In this document: piece by piece, positions 16,838 to 24,113 of the stretch | How positions within the stretch are numbered: the stretch's first letter is position 1 | Layout of the letters: the number at the start of each line of letters is the position of its first letter | Origin: a virus | Lineage: Duplodnaviria > Caudoviricetes | DNA length: 29,897 bases | Virus record (IMG/VR): IMGVR_UViG_3300032261_000055 | Coordinates: 1 to 29,897 of that record | Direction: 5' to 3' (one strand) | The notes under the pieces: generated by a model | The model's input: the letters and a program-made list of their open reading frames with translations, nothing else | Told to the model about the DNA's origin: nothing | The model's database searches: none | Program-made: the position numbers and the translations under genes

Positions 16838-17034
16838 CAGATCACCTCGATGTTTGCTGCACCATACTCCGCACACCGCTTACAATGAGGCCGGTGCTTG
16901 TCCTCAAATGCGGCTACAATCTCGTTGACCGGGGCTCCATAAGCCTCGGTCAACGGATCATTAAGAAGAGTGTCGATGTACTTACGCACGATGGGGCACT
17001 CTGGATCCACCGGCGCGTGCCACCTAGGCCTCAC
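16837..17034 (-). CDS. hypothetical protein
   Basis: C...H...CxxC motif; packed operon. Confidence 0.55.
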   Translation of the reverse strand: MRPRWHAPVDPECPIVRKYIDTLLNDPLTEAYGAPVNEIVAAFEDKHRPHCKRCAEYGAANIEVI

Positions 17035-17231
17035 TATTTTCTGTACCTCCTAGCATTGGTAATAGCATGGTAAAGGAAACTAGCATCAATGGTCACATCA
17101 GCCAACCACTCACCAGGAGACTGTCTATTGCACCTATAGTCGCTCTGGGTCTTTTGGTAGCTAGCCAAAGTCATGTTAAAGGATCTTGCCAGTTGTTTTC
17201 TTGTCTTTTGAGCTTTTTGCTTTGCCGTCAT
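17034..17231 (-). CDS. hypothetical protein
   Basis: SD GAGG; packed operon. Confidence 0.55.
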   Translation of the reverse strand: MTAKQKAQKTRKQLARSFNMTLASYQKTQSDYRCNRQSPGEWLADVTIDASFLYHAITNARRYRK

Positions 17232-17404
17232 ACTTTCCTCTCTTTCTTTTCCCTTGAAATGAGAAACCGTACAGCTTCTTCTCTGGTTCTGAAACGCTCA
17301 ACAAAATGCGACCGATAGAACAACATGAACGGCAGCCGGTTATCTGGCCCCTCAATCAGCAACCAGCCTTCTAAAAGATTCTCGACCCTCGCTTCTTCAA
17401 TCAA
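17228..17404 (-). CDS. small hypothetical protein (58 aa, TTG start, absent from the ORF track)
   Basis: MIEEARVENLLEGWLLIEG...; overlaps both neighbours by 4 nt; SD GAGGTG. Confidence 0.5.
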   Translation of the reverse strand: MIEEARVENLLEGWLLIEGPDNRLPFMLFYRSHFVERFRTREEAVRFLISREKKERKV

Positions 17405-17619
17405 TGGATCACCTCTAAGAGTCGACCATGTGCCGTGTTAATGTCCACGAGTACCAAACCATTCGGCTCATAGAACCTATGGTTATGATACTCTTTGTCA
17501 AGCTTAACCAAGCAGGTTCCCTCAGTATCTGAAACCTCGATCGCTGTCCCAGTCGCACTTAAAAAATGCTCAGGGAACAGTCTGACTCGGTCTCCTGCTT
17601 TGACCTTAATTAGCACCAT
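17401..17619 (-). CDS. small SH3/KOW-like barrel protein
   Basis: KAGDRVRL...GTAIEV...CLVKLD; ATG 17619 after GGAGGA. Confidence 0.55.
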   Translation of the reverse strand: MVLIKVKAGDRVRLFPEHFLSATGTAIEVSDTEGTCLVKLDKEYHNHRFYEPNGLVLVDINTAHGRLLEVIH

Positions 17620-17863
17620 TACTTCCTCCACATTCAGAACAACTACCGTCTTCAGCATCGAGTTCAACCTCCTGATGAATTGAGCAGCGTCCATTGGTAC
17701 GTTCAAAGCACTCAGCCGAGCAGTACACTGCTCCACTGTCTGTCTCAAAACAGTCAGCGTGGTAGATGTCGTCGGGCGGGTCGCAACCTGTCGGTCCCCA
17801 GTCATAATACTGCCGGTAACCGATCGTTACGCCACACACGCAAGCTAGCTCAGAGCGGTTCAC
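17606..17863 (-). CDS. Cys-rich Zn-binding protein
   Basis: CVCG...YCSAEC...CSIH...CSEC. Confidence 0.6.
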   Translation of the reverse strand: MNRSELACVCGVTIGYRQYYDWGPTGCDPPDDIYHADCFETDSGAVYCSAECFERTNGRCSIHQEVELDAEDGSCSECGGSNGAN

Positions 17864-18279
17864 TCTACCCTCCCGTCCGGCCAGATGATAACGATTTTCC
17901 GACCACGGTTTCGAGCATACCGGATCGTTGCCCAGGTACCAGACTGGAGCACTTCAGCATACTCTTTAGGGGTAGCGACAAGCAACTGCGAGCAATCCAC
18001 GATGATGTGATTCCGCTTGATGTAGTCCTCAGCGGGCCACGTATCGTGATTGTGATTAAAGCTGCCTCTTTTGGAGGAACCCCATGGATCGTGACCTGGG
18101 TGCCCCACGATGTAGAAGCCTTGGGTGTATGCTTCCTCAGCAGCTTGGTCAGCCGCGCCCACGCACATCCCGTGATGAAACTTATTGTAGCGCGCGCTAT
18201 ACTGAAGCAGGACGCTTTTGAGCGCCTGTCTCTGAGGAGGAGACATCCCGCGTTGAGTACCGGTAAACCCGACAGACAT
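17860..18279 (-). CDS. SLOG-family (DprA/Smf-like) protein
   Basis: VGFTGTQRG, HHGMCVGAAD, RNHIIVD and SGTWATIRYA motifs. Confidence 0.8.
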   Translation of the reverse strand: MSVGFTGTQRGMSPPQRQALKSVLLQYSARYNKFHHGMCVGAADQAAEEAYTQGFYIVGHPGHDPWGSSKRGSFNHNHDTWPAEDYIKRNHIIVDCSQLLVATPKEYAEVLQSGTWATIRYARNRGRKIVIIWPDGRVE

Positions 18280-18289
18280 GGTCTACCCC

Positions 18290-18676
18290 CTACGACAGGA
18301 GGGCCTTACGGGCCCTCCATTGGTAAACGATGGTCGTGAGGAACTCAACGGTCTCGTCTTCGAATCTTGAGTCGTACGCGAGTAACTCGGTAATGATCTG
18401 TTCGTCTTTCAGATCGATACGCTTTTTATTGTCGATCTTCCCAAGGTACTCACATACTTGTCGAAGGCAGAGTGCCTCATGATAGTGTCCGTTGCGGACC
18501 AGAGGCAGTAAGGGTGGGACAAGTTGATCAAGTGCATCAGAAACATGCAGGTGATGGGTGGCAGCGATGAGAATCGTGGAAGCCTCTTTCGAAACATTTC
18601 GATTGATTGCCCAGATCTCAAACATTACCGAACCTGCTTTCAAAGCAGCAGGTTGGCTCAATTGTCTGTCTTTCAT
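18290..18676 (-). CDS. hypothetical protein, first gene of the early operon
   Basis: ATG 18676 after AAGGAG. Confidence 0.6.
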   Translation of the reverse strand: MKDRQLSQPAALKAGSVMFEIWAINRNVSKEASTILIAATHHLHVSDALDQLVPPLLPLVRNGHYHEALCLRQVCEYLGKIDNKKRIDLKDEQIITELLAYDSRFEDETVEFLTTIVYQWRARKALLS

Positions 18677-18777
18677 CGTACTCTCTCCTTCGGTCTTATC
18701 GACGACCAACGGTTACCAAAGTTTCTCATCGTACTCTCTCCTTCGGTCTTATCGACGACCACGGTTACCAAAGTTTC
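18673..18777. repeat. tandem duplication of 53/52 bp including the RBS and start codon
   Basis: 18673-18725 and 18726-18777 are identical apart from one A indel. Confidence 0.95.
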
Positions 18778-18856
18778 ACCACATTATTGTGGCGTTTGTA
18801 ATTCAACCAATTACATAAATGTTACGTATGTAATCGGTTTTATCTTCTATATTTAT

Positions 18857-18886
18857 ATAGTATAACATTCCGATATCGGAAGTAAA
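18857..18886 (-). promoter_or_regulatory. promoter TTTACT-N18-TACTAT with palindrome TTCCGATATCGGAA (18868-18881)
   Basis: Third copy of the operator-promoter architecture. Confidence 0.7.
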
Positions 18887-18906
18887 TAGGGAAATTAAAC
18901 TATTTT

Positions 18907-19605
18907 TTATACTTTTATCGGATCCGGACTGTAAAGTAGGTTCACCTTCCGATAGGTGATGTTCACTACACCGGGTTTGGAGACTTCGTTCTGGAACTGC
19001 ACGGCCGCTACTGGCTGCCAGTTAGATGACAGTAAGGGGACGTTCTGGAGGCCGGTAGGGACGTTATAGTGGCTACCGTTCGATGTGACTCCAGTGACCG
19101 AGAACTTGCTACTAGTGACGTCAGCTTTAAAGAAAATCTCCAACGCATTCCAAACGTCAGGGACCGGTGGGATCTTAATTCCCGTATCTATCCAGCCGCC
19201 CCCGACCTGGTCAATTTGAAACATGCCCCCGCGTCCCATATTGACCTGCGCCGACCAATCGAAGACGTTCGGGATCTTCGTGGCGGCGTTAGGCGCCCCT
19301 TGCACCACGGCTTTCAGATCAGTCTCATGGGCCCACAGGTTCTCGAAATCAAACTTACTGAGCATAAACTCAAGGTACAGCGCGGCATAGAACAGCTTCT
19401 CCATACCCGGAAAGACGAGCGGCACCTGCCGCTTACAAGTTAGTAACGCGCCCCCGTACTGGAGCGTGCTCACGTTGGTGACCCTAAGAAACTGGTCAGT
19501 CGAGTGGAAGCCGACGAATAGATCAGCGGGGACAGGGTTGATGCCGGGCCCCGTTTCAAGTTGCCAGTCAACCCTCATCTGCAGGTCGTTGTCAATTATC
19601 AGCAT
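18907..19605 (-). CDS. beta-rich protein, probable ConA-like lectin/glucanase fold
   Basis: Alternating beta pattern, AHETD, W.DTG, PDVWNAL and NW...VQFQ; SD AAGGAG. Confidence 0.55.
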   Translation of the reverse strand: MLIIDNDLQMRVDWQLETGPGINPVPADLFVGFHSTDQFLRVTNVSTLQYGGALLTCKRQVPLVFPGMEKLFYAALYLEFMLSKFDFENLWAHETDLKAVVQGAPNAATKIPNVFDWSAQVNMGRGGMFQIDQVGGGWIDTGIKIPPVPDVWNALEIFFKADVTSSKFSVTGVTSNGSHYNVPTGLQNVPLLSSNWQPVAAVQFQNEVSKPGVVNITYRKVNLLYSPDPIKV

Positions 19606-19771
19606 GGTCTCTCCTTAAGGTAATAACCGGGTTACTGAGTTTCTGGGTTAGCTCGGTTAGTTGACGTAGTAGACGGTCGAGGATGAGGACGAGGTTGCTC
19701 AGACGCTCAATGAGCTGCTCGGCATCGCGCTCGCGGTAGGCGGGTATCAAATTATCGTAGCTGCTGGGCAT
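19592..19771 (-). CDS. small coiled-coil protein (59 aa, absent from the ORF track)
   Basis: MPSSYDNLIPAYRERDAEQLIERLSNLVLILDRLLRQLTELTQKL...; SD GAGG. Confidence 0.5.
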   Translation of the reverse strand: MPSSYDNLIPAYRERDAEQLIERLSNLVLILDRLLRQLTELTQKLSNPVITLRRDHADN

Positions 19772-19812
19772 AGTTGTCCTCGGTTAACAGTGAATTTTAA
19801 ATTAAGCAAATT

Positions 19813-19913
19813 GCAATTTAATAAATTGCCAGGGATACCTCCAGGGTCACCCGGAGGTATGCCAGGTTTACTTGTGCAATACATAATGATAGGTATATCA
19901 TAATGCTTGCACA
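19813..19913. repeat. three-hairpin element, copy B (inverted homolog of 4741-4860)
   Basis: Stems GCAATTTA/TAAATTGC, ATACCTCC-A-GGG-TCA-CCC-GGAGGTAT and TGTGCAA...TTGCACA. Confidence 0.75.
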
Positions 19914-19940
19914 CGGCCGTACGGGTCCTCGAGGTGACAC

Positions 19941-20294
19941 TTACTCAAACATGACCGAGTACGCCGGGAGGGTGTACGAAAGCTCCCAGGCGCCTGTGGG
20001 TTTGTTTTGAATCAATACAAAGTTGGCTCGCTTGACGTCGCCGTAGATACTTCGTAACTCAGCCTCGACGTGAGCTATTAGCGCACGTAACCGGCCTAGC
20101 GGCGTGCCTCGAGGTACGTGTACGGTACAAAATTTGAGGGGAAACTCAGGGTCCTCATAAGGCACGACGAAGTAAAGGATACACTTGATCGGTGTACCGT
20201 TCAGTTGGGAGAAGTGCTTGTTCCCTTCGAGTGCTAGGCCAAAGCCTGAGGTGAGATGCGACATGTCTTCAATAGCTACTTCAGTAGTTTTCAT
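19941..20294 (-). CDS. hypothetical protein
   Basis: ATG 20294 overlaps the upstream TGA. Confidence 0.6.
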   Translation of the reverse strand: MKTTEVAIEDMSHLTSGFGLALEGNKHFSQLNGTPIKCILYFVVPYEDPEFPLKFCTVHVPRGTPLGRLRALIAHVEAELRSIYGDVKRANFVLIQNKPTGAWELSYTLPAYSVMFE

Positions 20295-20521
20295 GACCAA
20301 TCCCTCTTGGTAGCGTAACCAGGTCGGTTGTTTAACCAGTCTATGCGCTTGCCGGAAGGCCGGCGAAAGAAACGTGGCTGAATGGTCTTCAAATAGGCTT
20401 GATACTTCTTGGCTTCGCGGTAGTACTCAAGAGCGGCGACGCCGTCTATTTCTCTACACGCCAGCGCTTGGGTAACCTCTATCTCGGTCTTGAATCTGGG
20501 TGGCTGCATAGTTTGCCTCAC
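20291..20521 (-). CDS. hypothetical protein
   Basis: First ORF after the promoter at 20551-20580; start uncertain. Confidence 0.55.
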   Translation of the reverse strand: MRQTMQPPRFKTEIEVTQALACREIDGVAALEYYREAKKYQAYLKTIQPRFFRRPSGKRIDWLNNRPGYATKRDWS

Positions 20522-20550
20522 AAGAGTACGAATTTGTACTCTATAAGACT

Positions 20551-20580
20551 ATTATAATACAAACTTTATATGGTTGTAAA
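20551..20580 (-). promoter_or_regulatory. promoter TTTACA-N18-TATAAT without the operator palindrome
   Basis: Same -35/-10 and spacing as 822-851; upstream T-tract. Confidence 0.7.
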
Positions 20581-20611
20581 TCGGGAAATAAAAAAAAGTT
20601 TAATGGAACAC

Positions 20612-20640
20612 GGTAACATTCCAAATATACTGATGTTACC
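20612..20640. repeat. 29-bp site GGTAACAT-N13-ATGTTACC, copy 1 (reverse orientation)
   Basis: ggtaacattccaaatatactgatgttacc. Confidence 0.85.
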
Positions 20641-20773
20641 TCCAACGCGCGCGTATATATTGCGCGCACAATTCACCACATCACCTTGTATTTGCTGTAT
20701 TACTGAGAATTACATAAATGTTACGTTTGTAAAACTAAGTATAATCAAGTCAATAACTTAGGTCTTGGGAAAA

Positions 20774-20802
20774 GGTAACATGGGTAACAACGGAATGTTA
20801 CC
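20774..20802. repeat. 29-bp site GGTAACAT-N13-ATGTTACC, copy 2
   Basis: ggtaacatgggtaacaacggaatgttacc. Confidence 0.85.
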
Positions 20803-21149
20803 TTTGGACAAGTTTTAAAACTCCCCTAGACTACGCGGGCAGTTTCACCACAAATCTAAGGTATGGCGGTATTTAGTGCGCGCATATATTGTGGGGGTGC
20901 AGGCGCGCGCGCGAGAGGGTCGGGAGGTGTGCAATCGAAAAAAGATAGAATTAACTATATTGTAATGGTACAATTTTCGCATGCGTCGGCGAGATGGACC
21001 GTTTATTTTCCGTTCTGTATAAAATATTTTTTATACGGGGCCGCCGATCGGACGCACAGTTTTCGGTAAAAACGGTCACGACTTTGTAGCTTCGTCATCA
21101 CCGTTATGGTCATCCAGGACCGATAGCTGGAGCCCAAGCTACGCAGCCC

Positions 21150-21440
21150 TTGAGGTGGCAGATGATGGACTGTTGCGTTCTAAGTGGTGAGGAAGTCGGT
21201 CGCCTTCTCTACTACAAGATCACACCTAACCATACGGAACACGTTCACATTCCATGCAGCGAGGCCATCCGTCTTTTGAAGCTTGAAGACCTTGAGTTAG
21301 TCACCGGTTGGGACGGCCGCAGCTACGTCACCACCGCAAAGATTCACTTCCTTCATGCTCTGCCTTCTGGCCCTTCACATGTCAAAGTCATCCAACGGCT
21401 GGTCTCCAACCACATCACCGAATTGAGGCCACCGCGATGA
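21150..21440 (+). CDS. hypothetical protein
   Basis: First rightward ORF; true start probably ATG ~21162 after GAGGT. Confidence 0.5.
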   Translation: MRWQMMDCCVLSGEEVGRLLYYKITPNHTEHVHIPCSEAIRLLKLEDLELVTGWDGRSYVTTAKIHFLHALPSGPSHVKVIQRLVSNHITELRPPR

Positions 21441-21442
21441 AA

Positions 21443-21471
21443 GGTAACATCGGAAGATATGGAATGTTACC
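21443..21471. repeat. 29-bp site GGTAACAT-N13-ATGTTACC, copy 3
   Basis: ggtaacatcggaagatatggaatgttacc. Confidence 0.85.
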
Positions 21472-21544
21472 TGGTTTGCACAAGCCCGGTAATGATTAAC
21501 GGTTACTTTCATCACCGTAAAGGTAACCGTAGAGAGGAGGCCAG

Positions 21545-21895
21545 ATGAGCTGGAGATTCAAGCACGAGCTTGCAGAAACGAAAAAAGGAGCCGTTCAGCT
21601 ATTGAGCGCGGGCTACCGCGAGTGGCTGGCCCGTCTCGTTACTGAGGACATCCGGAAGAAATTTGGACTGCCAGAGGGCAGCACGTGGGCGGACGCCATC
21701 GCCCTGCAGACGATTAAGCGCGCAGTCGCACTCATCGGGAAGGAAGACATCTGCTTCACCGCCATTACTGAGCTGAGGGAAACGACTGAAGGGAAGACGG
21801 CAGAAAAGATCGTCGCGGGAGGGAATGAGGAGCTGGCGGCGTTGGCGATGGCACTAAGAGCCCCGGCAGCTGAGGAGCCGCCGGGGGATACTTAG
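21545..21895 (+). CDS. terS: putative terminase small subunit
   Basis: Helical 116-aa protein with AI.EL.E.TEGK motif typical of TerS C-termini; SD GAGGAGG; same strand as and upstream of terL. Confidence 0.55.
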   Translation: MSWRFKHELAETKKGAVQLLSAGYREWLARLVTEDIRKKFGLPEGSTWADAIALQTIKRAVALIGKEDICFTAITELRETTEGKTAEKIVAGGNEELAALAMALRAPAAEEPPGDT

Positions 21896-22068
21896 TCAGG
21901 TAGCCAGTCAAGTGTGATGAAGTGGCTACCATCTTCTTGAAGGAACACGTTCACGTCCGTCCTCCACCAGTGCTCAGGCCACTTTTCATCGAGTTCAGTT
22001 TCGGTGTGCTCGAAGTATTCATCTTCGAGCAGCTTGCGCTTGTTTGCGAGTTGTTCTTCAATAGTCAT
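21892..22068 (-). CDS. small acidic protein (58 aa, absent from the ORF track)
   Basis: MTIEEQLANKRKLLEDEYF...LDWLPD; ATGA overlap; converges on the terS stop. Confidence 0.55.
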   Translation of the reverse strand: MTIEEQLANKRKLLEDEYFEHTETELDEKWPEHWWRTDVNVFLQEDGSHFITLDWLPD

Positions 22069-22352
22069 CCGCAGTATACTCCATACCAGAGTTCACCAGC
22101 TATTTTACGGGGTCCGACGTAACTGATTCGACGGTGACCATTGTCAGCTTGGATCACCATCGCTGTTAGCTCGCCTTCGGTATTGCAGGCGCCTTGTAGC
22201 CGAGCGAAGACCTCATCGCCCTGGCGGATCGGGACCTCTTTACGTTGCAGGCCGTCGGTAACGGCCTCTGTTTTGAACCGCTTGCGCTCAGCGAAGCGCA
22301 GTTTAACATGCGGGGGAATCGATTCCCCCGTAAAGTTCCAACCGTAGATCAC
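22065..22352 (-). CDS. hypothetical protein
   Basis: GTGA overlap; SD AAAGG. Confidence 0.6.
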   Translation of the reverse strand: MIYGWNFTGESIPPHVKLRFAERKRFKTEAVTDGLQRKEVPIRQGDEVFARLQGACNTEGELTAMVIQADNGHRRISYVGPRKIAGELWYGVYCG

Positions 22353-22567
22353 GCGTGACCTTTCTTTCTGCCACCTAACGCCATGGCGAGCGCGACCACC
22401 CAGCCGATAAACGTCCAGCCGAGGAAGAGGTTGACGACGACCACCGCACCTGTGTTGTAGTTCGAGCGGTGGTAGGCGAAGAGTGAAGGTGCGAGATAGA
22501 GGATCCCAGCCACTACTATAATCTCTATTGAGTGGAGGATCGTCATTTGAAGCTCGTGTGGGCTCAT
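22349..22567 (-). CDS. imm: superinfection immunity protein (T4 Imm-like membrane protein)
   Basis: LYLAPSLFAYHR...VNLFLGWTFIGWVVALAMAL signature; ATG 22567 overlaps the upstream stop. Confidence 0.88.
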   Translation of the reverse strand: MSPHELQMTILHSIEIIVVAGILYLAPSLFAYHRSNYNTGAVVVVNLFLGWTFIGWVVALAMALGGRKKGHA

Positions 22568-22806
22568 AGTTCCTTCCAAACCCATGAATACTCGTCGGTT
22601 AGAGACTGGCGACCAAGTTGAAAGAGGTTGCAGCCTTCTAGCGTGAAGCGTCCATAGTCGTTGTGAAACTGGTGGTCGTTGTCCATGTAGTCCAGACCTT
22701 CCCATCGGTCACGGCAGTAGATCTGGACCTCTTTGAGGGTGGCGAAGTGTCGGTGCACCTCGCCATCCACGCCGGAATAGGTTACGGTGTAGATCGGGTA
22801 GTACAT
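22564..22806 (-). CDS. hypothetical protein
   Basis: 80-aa ORF with SD GAGG. Confidence 0.6.
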   Translation of the reverse strand: MYYPIYTVTYSGVDGEVHRHFATLKEVQIYCRDRWEGLDYMDNDHQFHNDYGRFTLEGCNLFQLGRQSLTDEYSWVWKEL

Positions 22807-23043
22807 CTACTTATCCTCAACCTTATCAAGGAAGCTCATAGTACGGTTGAAAGTCGTGTCGTGCTTCTGGAGCATGGCACGGATGGCTTGGTTCTTGCCG
22901 AGGATTTTGTCTTCCTTGCGGCGACCAGGGTTACGGCTCCACGCTATCTGGGTAACGATACTTTCGGTGAGCAGGGTGCCGAACGTACCAACGACGACGC
23001 CTAGCCCGATGTTCATGATCGATCTCAGAGTTTCTTGTTCCAT
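22807..23043 (-). CDS. small membrane-anchored protein
   Basis: Hydrophobic IGLGVVVGTFGTLL segment; SD AAAGGA. Confidence 0.6.
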   Translation of the reverse strand: MEQETLRSIMNIGLGVVVGTFGTLLTESIVTQIAWSRNPGRRKEDKILGKNQAIRAMLQKHDTTFNRTMSFLDKVEDK

Positions 23044-23077
23044 CGAAGTTTCCTTTCAGTTGCAGGTTAGAGAGGAA

Positions 23078-23101
23078 GAGCCCAGCCTTTCGACTGGGCT
23101 C
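23078..23101 (-). terminator. GNRA-capped hairpin after winged-helix paralogue 1 (no U-tract)
   Basis: GAGCCCAGTC-GAAA-GGCTGGGCTC on the minus strand. Confidence 0.5.
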
Positions 23102-23107
23102 CACTGG

Positions 23108-23485
23108 TTACTGGATGATCGTCTGGGGATTAACCAGCGTGACGATCTTGTTGAGGAACATCTGGTGAAGGTGCCACCGGACAGAGTCGAGTGTGGAGAA
23201 GTTTATGCTGTGGCTGTAGCCTTTCTTCTCGACCAGAGGAACGATCTCCTTGGCTGACCAGGCTCTCTCTTTGTCCGTGCGCATGACCTGCAGGATGTAC
23301 AGGCGCTGCTTGCCCTTCGGGTCAACCGAGGGGTCCCCAGTCAACTGGTACAACCGTTCGGCTGGAACGGTCTTTATACTCTTGACTTCAGGCGTCTTCG
23401 GCTGCTCGGCCTCAACGGCCACTGCAACAGCGGTTTCGGGCTGGATTGCCACTTCTGCGGTCACTACATTCTGATTCTTTGCCAT
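23108..23485 (-). CDS. winged-helix-like DNA-binding protein, paralogue 1
   Basis: KGKQR..IL.V..TDK.RAW...DSV.WHLH shared with paralogues 2 and 3; SD AAGGAG. Confidence 0.75.
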   Translation of the reverse strand: MAKNQNVVTAEVAIQPETAVAVAVEAEQPKTPEVKSIKTVPAERLYQLTGDPSVDPKGKQRLYILQVMRTDKERAWSAKEIVPLVEKKGYSHSINFSTLDSVRWHLHQMFLNKIVTLVNPQTIIQ

Positions 23486-23538
23486 CTGATTCTCCTTAAA
23501 GAAGCCCGGTGTGTTGGGTTATTCTTTATTATGATACT

Positions 23539-23567
23539 ATTATAATACAACTGGATTGAGAAGTACA
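23539..23567 (-). promoter_or_regulatory. promoter TGTACT-N17-TATAAT
   Basis: Duplicated with flanking sequence at 24496-24524. Confidence 0.7.
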
Positions 23568-23607
23568 CAACTATTTTAATTCTTTTTTCAGTTCTCATGA
23601 CGAAAGC

Positions 23608-23685
23608 CATCACCGTCATCACCGTGGAGGGGACCATTGCCGTGGTCCCCGTCATCACCGTGGTCATTACCGTGGTCATCACCGA
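23608..23685. repeat. cluster of six CATYRCCGW repeats
   Basis: Copies at 23608, 23617, 23635, 23653, 23665 and 23677. Confidence 0.85.
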
Positions 23686-23999
23686 ACTGATCTCCACGCG
23701 TTCACCGTGTAGTGGTCGTCCAGGTAGTTGAGGATCCTCAAAAGTCCTTCGTAGAGGGCATGTTCAGGGATACGTTCCACAGCCGTTGGATCTGGAGGCA
23801 AGTAGCTTTGGAACTCTTCACGAATCTGGGCGAAGTTTTTTCCAAGAGCCAGGCGGAGGCCGATCGAGTCGTACCAGAGTCCGAGCCAGTGGTCGGGGTC
23901 GGGAGGCTCGTTGAAGTGGACGCGGAGCTCGTCGTCGACCTCTTGGAGGCGGCGGGGTTCGCTTGAGCCGCGGGGGTAGAGCTGGAAGCAAACTGGCAT
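23679..23999 (-). CDS. hypothetical protein
   Basis: MPVCFQLYP...; ATG 23999 after GGAGAAAGGA. Confidence 0.7.
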   Translation of the reverse strand: MPVCFQLYPRGSSEPRRLQEVDDELRVHFNEPPDPDHWLGLWYDSIGLRLALGKNFAQIREEFQSYLPPDPTAVERIPEHALYEGLLRILNYLDDHYTVNAWRSVR

Positions 24000-24081
24000 G
24001 GCAATTGTCCTTTCTCCGCGCGCAATTGCGGCGCGGGTCACAAGTGGTTGGTCGCAGCTTCGCTGCTGCGTGGCAACTGAA

Positions 24082-24105
24082 ACCCCCGGCCTCTCGACCG
24101 GGGGT
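24082..24105 (-). terminator. GNRA-capped hairpin after paralogue 2
   Basis: ACCCCCGGTC-GAGA-GGCCGGGGGT; identical to 24739-24762. Confidence 0.5.
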
Positions 24106-24113
24106 CTCTCTCT

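Noticed and set aside
17680-18339. 219-aa plus-strand ORF and other antisense or nested ORFs in the track (e.g. 8522..9001, 10658..11068, 25683..26135)
   Set aside because: They shadow well-supported genes and lack SD sequences and motifs.
18673-18777. Mini CRISPR array
   Set aside because: The two copies are directly adjacent with no spacer and contain an RBS and start codon.
18809-18834. dif (XerCD) site
   Set aside because: It shares only an ATGTTA core; arms and spacing do not fit the 11-6-11 consensus.
20612-21471. Invertible segment flanked by recombinase sites
   Set aside because: The central spacers differ (4 of 8 nt), a third site lies inside, and no recombinase is seen; kept only as binding sites.
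23464-23697. 77-aa ORF MEISSVMTTVMTT...
   Set aside because: It is a translation of the CATCACCGT repeats and runs through a promoter; no good SD.
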